Of a stretch of DNA of 64,000 nt, positions 34,586 to 43,561 are shown piece after piece. Each line of letters begins with the position of its first letter. Position 1 is the first letter of the stretch. Both the position numbers and the translations under genes were made by a program. The notes beneath the pieces are model-generated. The model did not search any database. It had not been told where the DNA came from and was given only the letters and a program-made list of their open reading frames with translations. This stretch comes from Deltaproteobacteria bacterium (lineage in GTDB: Bacteria; Myxococcota_A; UBA9160; UBA4427). The stretch lies in the NCBI GenBank assembly GCA_002719955.1, contig PBFW01000009.1, positions 299,057 to 363,056 of the forward strand, in the 5' to 3' direction.

Positions 34586-36634
34586 TTGACCAATCTGGAG
34601 GAAAGCATCGGTGTTTCGCTGATTCGTTGGATCGCGATTCTGCCCTTTGTGGCCGCGATCACTCATGGTCTCCTGATCGGTCTGGTCCGGGCCAAGATTT
34701 CGGACCGTTCGGTCTGGGCGATTTCGCTCTCCGCGCTCGGCGCCGCCTTCGGGATTTCGGCGCTCTCGATCTTCGACCTCTTCGCCGCGGGTGGATTCGA
34801 GCCGATCCTCGATTCGGTCGGGCCGTGGATCGGTGGGGGAGTCGGGCAGCGCAGCTTCAGTGCAGAGATGACTTTTCAATTCGATCCCCTCTCCGCAGTT
34901 TTCTGCCTGGTGATCACGAGCGTCGCACTCGCCGTCTACCTGCATACGATCGGACTGATAGCGGGTGGACATCTCGACGGCGAAGGCGGCCATCGCAGCT
35001 TTGCCATGCTCGACCTGCTCGTCGGCTCGACGCTCGTTCTCGTGTTGGCGGATAATCTCCTTCTCTTCTTTCTGGGTTGGGCGGGCGTTGGGATCGCGTC
35101 ACAACTCTTCGCTTCTTTCGACTTCGGTGAGCGCGAGGCTTCGCGTGCTGGCGCGACGACATTCGTCATCGGCCGCATCGGCGACCTCGGACTCCTCGCC
35201 GCGATGCTCCTTCTCTTCGACGGTTTGTCCCGGGCGGGTGCGCCGGCGCTGACCTTTCGGGGAATCGAGGCGGCCTTCCGCCTGCTCGAAGGGCAGGGCG
35301 TGCTCTGGCTCTCGTGGACCACGGGCGACGCGCCGCCGCTGCTCGAGGTCGTGGGCTTTGGTCTGGTTCTCGCCGCGCTGACCAAATGCGCTCAGCTCCC
35401 GCTTCATTTCTGGCTTCCGGCGGCGGCCTCGGGGCCGATCTCGGCGAATGCGCTGATGCAGTCCTCGACGACGGTGATCGCGGGGATCTATGTATTGTTG
35501 CGCTTCTCTTTTCTGCTCGAGACCGTCCCGGACTCGATGAGGATGTTGATCGTGGCGGGTAGCACCACGATGTTGCTGGCGAGTTTCGCGGCGACGACCC
35601 AACTCCACCTGCCTCGACTGGTCGCGTTCACCACCTCGAGTCTGCTCGGACTCGTGATCGTCGGAATTGGGATCGGCGCCTACTCGGCCGCCACATTCCT
35701 GATCCTGACCCACGCCTTCGTGAAGGCCCACCTGATTCTAGCGATGGGGCTCGTCATCACGACGCTGAAGGGCGAGACGGATCTTCGCCGAATGGGTGGG
35801 CTGGCTCAGCGATTGCGGTGGACTCAGGGAATCTTTGGCCTCGGCTGTTTGGCTCTGATCGGCCTCCCCCCCTTCGCGAATTTCTTTCCGATCGAAGAGC
35901 TGCTCGCGTTTCTGTGGATCTCCGGGCGACCGGAGAGCAGTCTGGTCGCGGCGACGATCCTGGTGAGTCTGGGCCTGCTCGCTTTCGCCGTCGGCCGCGC
36001 GTTCTTCCTGATCTTCTGGGGCAATCTGCGCCCGAGCGGCCCGGTGGAAGATCGGCTTCGGGATCCAACGGGTTGGCGACAGCACAGCCTGACCGGGCTG
36101 GCGGTCATGACTCTTGCGGCGGGCGGGCTCTCGGCGTCACAGTTCTGGGGGGATCGGTTAGGCATCCCCACATCCGAGATGGATTCGATCGGCCATTTCC
36201 TGGTGGCGTCGATCCCGGGCTCTCCGGACCCCGAAGTCTCGGGCATCGAACGCTGGACCCTGATCGGCGCCCTGGTCGTGAGCTTGCTCTGCGGTCTGCT
36301 CGTCGCCGGATTGCGTTATGCGCGTCGAGGCTATCGCGGGGAATCGAAGCAGGAGGTGATTCGTTTCTCCATGAACGCGATGCGGGAGATGTTCTTCATC
36401 GAGCAGGCCTATACGATCCTCTTGGTTCGGCCGCTGCGGCGTCTCTCCCAGTTCGCACTCGTCGGTGGAATCGAATATCGACTGATCGATCGAGTGGTGG
36501 TCTCCGGCGGATCGGGGCTCATTCGTCGCATGGTGTGGAGCGTGCTGCGTCGCCTTCAGAACGGGCAATTGCAGAGCTATGCGTTGCTCGGAATGCTCAC
36601 GGTGCTTGTCATCGTGACGTGGATGGTCGTCTGA
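34586..36634 (+). CDS. nuoL: NuoL-like antiporter-type subunit (682 aa)
   Basis: VLVLADNLLLFFLGWAGVG, TKCAQLPLHFWLP, and THAFVKAHLIL are all collinear with NuoL. TTG 34586 lies 7 nt after a GGGAG SD. The ORF opens at 34400 but overlaps nuoK. Confidence 0.9.
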   Translation: MTNLEESIGVSLIRWIAILPFVAAITHGLLIGLVRAKISDRSVWAISLSALGAAFGISALSIFDLFAAGGFEPILDSVGPWIGGGVGQRSFSAEMTFQFDPLSAVFCLVITSVALAVYLHTIGLIAGGHLDGEGGHRSFAMLDLLVGSTLVLVLADNLLLFFLGWAGVGIASQLFASFDFGEREASRAGATTFVIGRIGDLGLLAAMLLLFDGLSRAGAPALTFRGIEAAFRLLEGQGVLWLSWTTGDAPPLLEVVGFGLVLAALTKCAQLPLHFWLPAAASGPISANALMQSSTTVIAGIYVLLRFSFLLETVPDSMRMLIVAGSTTMLLASFAATTQLHLPRLVAFTTSSLLGLVIVGIGIGAYSAATFLILTHAFVKAHLILAMGLVITTLKGETDLRRMGGLAQRLRWTQGIFGLGCLALIGLPPFANFFPIEELLAFLWISGRPESSLVAATILVSLGLLAFAVGRAFFLIFWGNLRPSGPVEDRLRDPTGWRQHSLTGLAVMTLAAGGLSASQFWGDRLGIPTSEMDSIGHFLVASIPGSPDPEVSGIERWTLIGALVVSLLCGLLVAGLRYARRGYRGESKQEVIRFSMNAMREMFFIEQAYTILLVRPLRRLSQFALVGGIEYRLIDRVVVSGGSGLIRRMVWSVLRRLQNGQLQSYALLGMLTVLVIVTWMVV

Positions 36635-36635
36635 C

Positions 36636-38279
36636 GTGGCGTTCAGTCCGGCGGAGCATCTGATCCTGATCGTTGTGGCGCTGCCGGCACTCACGGCCTT
36701 CGGGCTGATGGGGACCGGACTCGTGCTCGGGCAGGTCGGAATTCCCACGCTTCCGGAGGCGCTCTGGCGGGCGATCGGTCTCACCGCCGCGTTCATCACC
36801 TTTGCCGTGATGCTCTTCATCGCCACGTCTGAATTCGATCCCGAGGTGTTGGGTCTGCAACAGATCGCCTCCTATGCCTGGTCGGAATCTTTCGGTGCGA
36901 AATTCCTGCTCGGAGTCGATGGAATCGGTCTGTGTTTCATGTTATCGACGACGGGAATCGTGCCGCTGGCGATGTTGTCTGCGAAAGGCGAACCGCATAA
37001 CTCCACACGTTCGTGTGTGCTCGTTTGCCTGCTGCTCGAAACGGCGCTGCTCGGGGCCTTGGCCTCTGCGAATCTGCTTTCGTTCATCTTCTTCTGGGCG
37101 GCGAGCTTGATTCCGATCCTGCTCTGGATGGGGCGCTGGGGCGGACTCGGCCGAGGTCGAGCGGCTTCGCGTATCTGGACGATCGAATCGATCGGTCTGG
37201 CCGCTCTGCTCTTCGTCGCCTTCGTTCTCCACGACTCGACCGCGGTTCAGCTCGGGATTCCGACCCTGGACCTGATCGAAGTGGGTGCTGACGCGGGGCG
37301 CAGTCTTCTGGATGTCGAGATCGCCGAGGCGGATCAATGGATCCTCTTCCTGGCGATGGTCTTCGCGTTCTCGACGCGATTGCCCATCGTGCCGCTTCAT
37401 TTCTGGCTCCCGGCAGCACACGCGTCCGCGCCGACCGGATTGTCCGCGCTCCTGGCCACGGGATTCGTCCAGACTGCGGCGATCGGCCTGCTGCGTTTCG
37501 CGCTGCCACTCTTCCCGGACGCTGCGGTGGCGGCTGGACCGGTACTCTCGGTGTTGGGGATCACCGCACTGGTCTACGCGTCGCTGATCGCCCTCGTGCA
37601 GAAGGAGCTCAAGCACCTCGTTGCGTATTCGTCGGTGGGCTATGCGGGCTTTGCCCTGTTTGGGATCTCGACGCTGAACGTCCAGGGGGTGACCGGTGCG
37701 GTCCTTCAGCTCTTGGTCCACGGTCTGGCCACCGCGGGACTCTTCATGTTGATCGGCTTCCTTTCGATCCGGCGGAATACGACGGAAGTCGTCGCCTTCG
37801 GCGGCCTCGCCAAGCCGATGCCGGTCTGTGCGTTCTTCTTTGGATTGATGGTGCTGTCGCTGATGGGATTGCCCTTGCTGGGTGGCTTCGTGGGTGATCT
37901 CTTCGTTCTCCTGGGCAGTCTCGAAACGAGACGCGAACTCTCGGTCATCGCGCTAATCGCGATGGTCGTTTCCGCATCCTATCTGCTCTGGGTCCAGCGT
38001 CGGCTCTTTCTCGGGCCCGTCGATGAGCCCGCGAATCGGGGGCTCATCGATCTCGACCGGATCGAGCGGGCCATTCTGCTCACGCTGGCCATCCCGATCG
38101 TCGCGATCGGCGTTTATCCGAATCCGGTCCTGCGGCGAGTCGAACCGACGGTGCTCGAACTTCTCTATCAGATGGAGCGCAGGTCGATCCGGACCGACGA
38201 GGAGAAACTCGAATCGGAGACGGAGAGCGAGCTCGTTCGACTCGACTCCGCAGGACTCGAGCCGGGAGGGCGGCCATGA
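36636..38279 (+). CDS. nuoM: NuoM-like antiporter-type subunit (547 aa)
   Basis: LPIVPLHFWLPAAHASAPT, AAIGLLRFALPLFP, LVAYSSVGYAGF, and LVHGLATAGLFML are collinear with NuoM. GTG start 1 nt after the nuoL stop. Confidence 0.9.
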   Translation: MAFSPAEHLILIVVALPALTAFGLMGTGLVLGQVGIPTLPEALWRAIGLTAAFITFAVMLFIATSEFDPEVLGLQQIASYAWSESFGAKFLLGVDGIGLCFMLSTTGIVPLAMLSAKGEPHNSTRSCVLVCLLLETALLGALASANLLSFIFFWAASLIPILLWMGRWGGLGRGRAASRIWTIESIGLAALLFVAFVLHDSTAVQLGIPTLDLIEVGADAGRSLLDVEIAEADQWILFLAMVFAFSTRLPIVPLHFWLPAAHASAPTGLSALLATGFVQTAAIGLLRFALPLFPDAAVAAGPVLSVLGITALVYASLIALVQKELKHLVAYSSVGYAGFALFGISTLNVQGVTGAVLQLLVHGLATAGLFMLIGFLSIRRNTTEVVAFGGLAKPMPVCAFFFGLMVLSLMGLPLLGGFVGDLFVLLGSLETRRELSVIALIAMVVSASYLLWVQRRLFLGPVDEPANRGLIDLDRIERAILLTLAIPIVAIGVYPNPVLRRVEPTVLELLYQMERRSIRTDEEKLESETESELVRLDSAGLEPGGRP

Positions 38280-39754
38280 ATCCGGTCTTCTATCCGGCGG
38301 TCGGGGCGCTCTTCGTGCTCGCGCTCGATCTGATGGGCAGCGCGGGGAGGCCCGATGAGCATGGACCGCGCAGGGCGGCGCTCTCGGGGATTCGGCTCGG
38401 GGCGGTGGCGCTCTTTTCGTTGGCTGCGGTGGTCTTCTCGTTGCGGGGCGGAGATCGTCGCTCTGGCGACGAACTCCTGAGCCTCGATTCATTCGGTGTA
38501 TTCGGCCTGGGCTATATCGTTTTCGCCGGCCTCTTGGTTCTGAGTCTCTCCCTCACACATTTTGGGATGGCGCGCTCGCGTCCGACCGAACCGATCGCCC
38601 TCCTGCTCTTCGCCTGGGCGGGCTCGATGATCGCGATAGCGACCGATCACCTGCTGGTGCTGCTCGTGGCGATCGAGTTGGCGTGGCTACCCATGATCGC
38701 GCTGATCGCGATCGATTCGCGTCGGCTCTCATCGAGCGAGTCGAGTCTCAAGGCCTTCTTCGCGCATGTTTTCGCGAGTCTGATCTTCGCGCACGGGATC
38801 GCCTTCGTGTTCGCGGAGAGCGGGCGTCTGGATCTCGCTGCGCTGTCGGGGAGGGGTGTCGAGGGGAATCTCCTTTTCGAGGTCGGGTTCACGCTGGTGC
38901 TGCTGGGATTGATCGCTCGCGCAGCGATCGCGCCCTTCCATCCCTGGTCACCCGACGTTCACGAGGGCGCACCGAGCTTCGTCACCACGCATATCGCGAC
39001 AGTGGCTCAGGCGACGACCTTCTTCGTTCTGTTGCGGATCCTTCACGCCATTCCCGTCGTCGAACTCACCGACGCTGAGTCGTTAGGTGTTCGGGTTCCT
39101 CAGCTGCTCTCCCTGCTCGGCCTGTTGGGTCTGCTCTGGGGGCACGCGATGGCCCTGGTTCAGGTCGGTCTGCGTCGGCTGGTGGGGTGGCTCGGAGTGG
39201 GGCAGATCAGCTTTCTCACGCTCGCATTGGTGGAAGCCCGTGGAGAGGGCGCCGAGGGGCTGCTGCTCGGTTTGATCGCATCGGGTGTCGCGATCACCGG
39301 CATCATGGCCACATTCAGTTCACTCAGTCATCACGAGCGCGCCTGTGAACACGTGGGTGACCTGGCGGGAATGATGCGCAGGAGTCCGATCCGCGCTGTG
39401 CTGCTCGGGATCTTCTTTCTCTCGCTCGCTGGCTTTCCGGGGACCTTCGGCTTCGTCGCACGTTTCAAGATCCTCGCCGCGCTCGAACACGGAGGGCATC
39501 GCTGGGAGCTCGTCGCGGGACTGGCTGCGACGGTGCTCGCGCTGACAGCGGTGGGTCGCCCCTTGCTCGAGATGTCGCGATCGACCCGGGACGGCCGCGA
39601 GGGCAGCCGTGCGCTTTCGAACGAGCAATTTGTATTGGCGATCTGTGGTGCGATCATCGTCTACTTCGGGGCTATGCCCGTGATGGGTGAAACAGCGCTC
39701 GCGGGCCAGCTCATGATCTGGATCGAGCGGGCGGTCGCGTCGCTGCGCTTCTGA
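38276..39754 (+). CDS. nuoN: NuoN-like antiporter-type subunit (492 aa)
   Basis: LLVAIELAWLPMI, AIAPFHPWSPDVHEGAPSFVT, and LSLAGFPGTFGFVARFKIL are collinear with NuoN. The ATG overlaps the nuoM stop (ATGA). Confidence 0.9.
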   Translation: MNPVFYPAVGALFVLALDLMGSAGRPDEHGPRRAALSGIRLGAVALFSLAAVVFSLRGGDRRSGDELLSLDSFGVFGLGYIVFAGLLVLSLSLTHFGMARSRPTEPIALLLFAWAGSMIAIATDHLLVLLVAIELAWLPMIALIAIDSRRLSSSESSLKAFFAHVFASLIFAHGIAFVFAESGRLDLAALSGRGVEGNLLFEVGFTLVLLGLIARAAIAPFHPWSPDVHEGAPSFVTTHIATVAQATTFFVLLRILHAIPVVELTDAESLGVRVPQLLSLLGLLGLLWGHAMALVQVGLRRLVGWLGVGQISFLTLALVEARGEGAEGLLLGLIASGVAITGIMATFSSLSHHERACEHVGDLAGMMRRSPIRAVLLGIFFLSLAGFPGTFGFVARFKILAALEHGGHRWELVAGLAATVLALTAVGRPLLEMSRSTRDGREGSRALSNEQFVLAICGAIIVYFGAMPVMGETALAGQLMIWIERAVASLRF

Positions 39755-39852
39755 TCGGGTCCTCGCAGCCCTTCCGGCCCACAGGTCGGGTATCCTCGGC
39801 GGCGTAGCCGGCCGCTTCCATCCCCGGTCGCATCCAGGGGAGGGCAATTCAC

Positions 39853-40268
39853 ATGCTCGGTCTGATTGGCCTCGCGATCGTGGGTACGAGCATTTTTCTG
39901 TGGTTTTGGCTGATTCAGCAGGTCGCGGTGCCCCGCAGCCGTGCACCCTATATGGTCGGCTTCGTCGGGGGGGCCTGATCGGCCTCGTCGCCGTTTTCCA
40001 GGGGGGGGCGGTGTCGATGATCAGCGGTGGCCTCGCTGCTTTCGCAGGCTTCATGTTCGCTGCGCTGCGACTGCAGAGTGCGCAAAAGCCGAATCAGCCG
40101 GCCATCGGTGTGGGCGCGTTGATGCTCGCGGTGTCGGCACCGGACGAGAATGGTGTCGACTTCGACCTGTCGACGCGGGGGGAACTGTTCGATGGGTCGA
40201 TCAAACGGATGATTATATGCTTCGGAGCCAGCCGGGCCGGGTGCTCTCGGCGATCAACGAAAATCTGA
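39853..40268 (+). pseudogene. Disrupted membrane-anchored peroxiredoxin/BCP-like gene (frameshifted and truncated)
   Basis: ATG 39853 gives MLGLIGLAIVGTSIFLWFWLIQ...MVGFVGG and then stops. Adding one G to the G7 run 39967-39973 would join it to GLIGLVAVFQGG...AFAGFMFAAL...IGVGALMLAVSAPDENGVDFDLS...KRMIICFGASRAGCS, which is the N-terminus of a redoxin fold. That frame ends prematurely at 40268. Confidence 0.35.
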
Positions 40269-40326
40269 CGAGCACGGGGTAGGAAGAAGCGGGGCTGCAC
40301 GGCTATGGAAGGATGGATCCGCGGAA

Positions 40327-42273
40327 CTACCAACGCGGTTCCGGACTGATCAGCCGACGGATGCTGCCGTCCCGGCGCGTGATCTGAAGGTCGTCCAGCA
40401 GCGCCATCAGGGGCATGGCCGTGCGTCGACTCGTTCCGATCAGCGCCTTGAGCGTCTGCGTGTCGAGTTCGTCACTCGAATCGAAATGGGCGACGACGCG
40501 ATCGATCAGATCGAGCACGTTCGTGCGGTCGAAGAAGAGATCGTCCGGCGCCGCGACGAGAGTGCCCTCACGTTCGAGGTAATGGGCAATTTCGCGAAGG
40601 CTACGCTCGCTGCGCCCCGAGTCCTCGGCGACCGTGCGCAGGGCGGGCGCGTCGAGGCCGGTCCCGCCGAATCGGTCCCGCAGCAGTTCGGCCAGCTCGG
40701 ATTGCTCTTCGTCCAGGGTCGATTCGAAACCGACACGGGTGACGATTTCGCCCCGGATGGTGATCTCATTGCTCGAGGCGAGACGCTTCAAGAGCAGCGC
40801 TCCGGCGTCGCTCGAGACGTTCCCGGGGAGCGTTCCCGTCAACGCTGCGCGGGGCATGCCCGCTTGAAGCGGTTCGCGCGAATGGAAGGATTCGAGGGCC
40901 CGGACGAGATCGGCCATCAGGCGTTCCGCGGCGGATTTGGCCAGACATAACGAAGCATCGACGCGCAGGATCGTCTCGGTCTCGACGAGTATCGCGAGTG
41001 CCCGCTCGAGTTCGCCAGAATCGAGTCCGGTCTCGAGGCCGAGCGCTTTCGTCGTCATGCCGCGCAGCCCCGCGCGCTCGATCCGCAATTCGATCCCCTC
41101 CGCTGGGTCGCCTCGGGACATGCGCGTGAGCTCTGCGGCGAGTTCGGGATCGCCTCGGCGGCGATGGGGCGGGGCGATATCGAGGACGATTCCACCGCCG
41201 AGGGTCGAGCCGACGCCGGCGTCGCGCGCGAAGCCGCGCAGGACGAAGCGGTCACCGGGGAGAAGGGGCAGCGGCAGGCCATCGACGTGGATCCGCCCGA
41301 GACCGCGCTCGCCGGGACCGATCGGCTTCTCCCCGATCAGGGCGACGCGCGCGCGGCGCTCTGCCGTGCCCGCGAGGAGTTCGACCGAAGCAGCGTCCTC
41401 GAGCGCTGTCTTGCGCGCGATCCAGTGCAGGCTCGTATCGAAGGAAGCGGTCGCCGGAACCGCATCGGGTTCGGTGAGCAGATCCCCGCGACCGATCTCG
41501 TCGCTGCCGACCCCTTGGAGATTGACCGCGATGCGTGCGCCGGATGTGGTTTCTGCGACCGCGTCACCGTGGCGTTCGAGGCCGCGGATCTTCGCCTTTC
41601 GCGCGCCGGGTTCGAGAACGATCGCGTCGCCCACACGTCGGGGTCGGCCGGACCAGGTGCCCGTGACGACCGCTCCGAATCCGTGCTTGGTGAACGTCCT
41701 GTCTATGAAGAGCCGTGAGGGTCGACCATCGTCGTCGCGAGTGGGGGCGGAACGGATCAGCGCTTCGAGTGTCTTGCGAACCCCTTCGATTCCGTCGCCG
41801 GTCTCGGCGCTCGCGGCGATGATCGGCGCGTCGGCGAGAGGCCCTTCGGCGAGGAGATCGTGGACCTCTTCCGTCGCGAGTTCGATCATTTCCTCGTCCA
41901 CGAGGTCTGATTTGGTGAGCACGACGAGTCCGCGATCGACCCCGAGCAATTCGCAGATCGCGAGATGTTCGCGGGTCTGCGGCATCACGCCCTCGTCCGC
42001 AGCGACGACGAGCATGACGAGATCGAGGCCGCTGGCCCCGGCCACCATCGTTCGCACGAAGCGTTCGTGCCCGGGGACGTCGATGAGGGCAACGCGCAAG
42101 CCCTTGCTCAACTCGAGCGGTGCGAAGCCGAGTTCGATCGTGATGCCGCGGGCCTTTTCCTCCGGGAGTCGATCGAGATCGTGACCCGTCAGCGCTCGGA
42201 CGAGCGAGGTCTTGCCGTGATCGATGTGGCCAGCGGTGCCGAGGACGAGGCTTTGCGGTTCGTCGTCAGCCAT
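40327..42273 (-). CDS. selB: Selenocysteine-specific translation elongation factor
   Basis: G-domain [30 protein letters not shown], and TKSD. This is followed by EF-Tu-like domains II/III and a long winged-helix C-terminus typical of bacterial SelB. I chose ATG 42273 (MADDEPQS...). The ORF extends to 42396, into serS. Confidence 0.9.
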   Translation of the reverse strand: MADDEPQSLVLGTAGHIDHGKTSLVRALTGHDLDRLPEEKARGITIELGFAPLELSKGLRVALIDVPGHERFVRTMVAGASGLDLVMLVVAADEGVMPQTREHLAICELLGVDRGLVVLTKSDLVDEEMIELATEEVHDLLAEGPLADAPIIAASAETGDGIEGVRKTLEALIRSAPTRDDDGRPSRLFIDRTFTKHGFGAVVTGTWSGRPRRVGDAIVLEPGARKAKIRGLERHGDAVAETTSGARIAVNLQGVGSDEIGRGDLLTEPDAVPATASFDTSLHWIARKTALEDAASVELLAGTAERRARVALIGEKPIGPGERGLGRIHVDGLPLPLLPGDRFVLRGFARDAGVGSTLGGGIVLDIAPPHRRRGDPELAAELTRMSRGDPAEGIELRIERAGLRGMTTKALGLETGLDSGELERALAILVETETILRVDASLCLAKSAAERLMADLVRALESFHSREPLQAGMPRAALTGTLPGNVSSDAGALLLKRLASSNEITIRGEIVTRVGFESTLDEEQSELAELLRDRFGGTGLDAPALRTVAEDSGRSERSLREIAHYLEREGTLVAAPDDLFFDRTNVLDLIDRVVAHFDSSDELDTQTLKALIGTSRRTAMPLMALLDDLQITRRDGSIRRLISPEPRW

Positions 42274-42283
42274 GCGCGCGGCC

Positions 42284-43561
42284 TCAGCGGGGTCCGATGC
42301 GGTCCATGCCCATATAGGGCACGAGCGCTTTCGGGATCGTGATGCTGCCGTCGGCCTGCTGATGGTTCTCGAGGAGTGCCACGATCGCACGGGCATTCGA
42401 GATGGCCGTTCCGTTCAGCGTATGGACGAGTTCGTTCTTCTTTTCTCCGGCGCGGCGGAAGCGGATCTTCAGGCGTCGCGCCTGGAAGTCGGTGCAATTC
42501 GAGGTGCTCGTGACCTCGCCGTACTCGCCGGCTTCGCCGCGTCCCGGCATCCAGGCCTCGAGATCGAATTTTCGATAGGCGGGGGCGCCGAGGTCGGCGC
42601 TCGCGATGTCGATCACGCGATAGGGGATCTCGAGGGCATCGAAAATCTGCTTCTCGAGTCGCAGCAATTCGACGTGTTGGGCGTCGGAATCCTCTGGACG
42701 ACAGAAGACGAACATCTCGACTTTCGTGAATTGATGGACGCGATAGAGGCCCTTGCTCTCACGTCCGTGGGCACCCGCCTCGGTGCGGAAACAATGGGAC
42801 ACGCCGGCGAGCTTGAGCGGGAGTTCTTCCTCGGAAAAGATCGTGTCCGCGTACATGCCTCCGAGCGTGATCTCGGCGGTTCCGATCAGGCAGAGTTCGT
42901 GGTCTGCGACGGAGTAGATCTGGGTTTCCTCGCCGCGCGGACTGAAGCCGAGGCCCTCGATCACATCCGGGCGCGCCAGATCGGGAGTGACGATGGGGAT
43001 GAAGCCCTCGGGCAGGAGCCGGTCGAGCGCGAAGCGCTGCAGAGCGATCTCGAGAAGTGCGACTTCACGTTTCAGGTAATAGAATTTCTGCCCCGACACC
43101 CTGGCGGCGCGCTCGAAGTCCACGAGGTCGAGGGCGGTCGCGAGTTCCAGGTGGTCCTTGGCGTCGAAACCCAGTGCGCGGGGCTCACCGATCGTCGCCA
43201 GAAGATTGAAATCCTCCTCGCGGCCCCTGGGCGAATCGGGATGGAGAAAATTTGGCAGACAGCGAAGGGCCCGTTCGAGCTCCTGCTCGGCGACGCGAAG
43301 TTCGTTTTCATGGGCTCCGACTTCGTCCTTCAGCCGGCGTCCCTCGATCGTGTGGGCTTCTCGTGCGCGCTCATCGAGGCGCTTTTTGCCGGCCTTCTGG
43401 TGCTCGTTTCGAAGTCGATTCGCTTCGTTCAGCTTCGTGCGCAGCGCGTTCGTTCGCTCGTGCAGAGCGATCGTGGCATCGATGTCCACATTGATGAAGC
43501 GCGCCCGGCAGCTCTCGACGATCTCGTCGCGACGGTCTTGAAGAATGCGCGCATCCAGCAT
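42284..43561 (-). CDS. serS: Serine--tRNA ligase
   Basis: MLDARILQDRRDEIV..., an N-terminal coiled coil, and class II motifs (FRTEAGAHGRESKGLYRVHQFTKVE, GEVTSTSNCTDFQARRL, TLNGTA). 425 aa from ATG 43561. The ORF extends to 43795. Confidence 0.95.
   Translation of the reverse strand: MLDARILQDRRDEIVESCRARFINVDIDATIALHERTNALRTKLNEANRLRNEHQKAGKKRLDERAREAHTIEGRRLKDEVGAHENELRVAEQELERALRCLPNFLHPDSPRGREEDFNLLATIGEPRALGFDAKDHLELATALDLVDFERAARVSGQKFYYLKREVALLEIALQRFALDRLLPEGFIPIVTPDLARPDVIEGLGFSPRGEETQIYSVADHELCLIGTAEITLGGMYADTIFSEEELPLKLAGVSHCFRTEAGAHGRESKGLYRVHQFTKVEMFVFCRPEDSDAQHVELLRLEKQIFDALEIPYRVIDIASADLGAPAYRKFDLEAWMPGRGEAGEYGEVTSTSNCTDFQARRLKIRFRRAGEKKNELVHTLNGTAISNARAIVALLENHQQADGSITIPKALVPYMGMDRIGPR

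Noticed and set aside
39755-40326. Possible tRNA-Sec (selC) or another tRNA downstream of selB, and likewise in the serS leader (43562-43848).
   Set aside because: No cloverleaf could be built. There is no U-UCA-purine anticodon loop within a stem, and no GTTCRANYC T-loop with matching stems on either strand.
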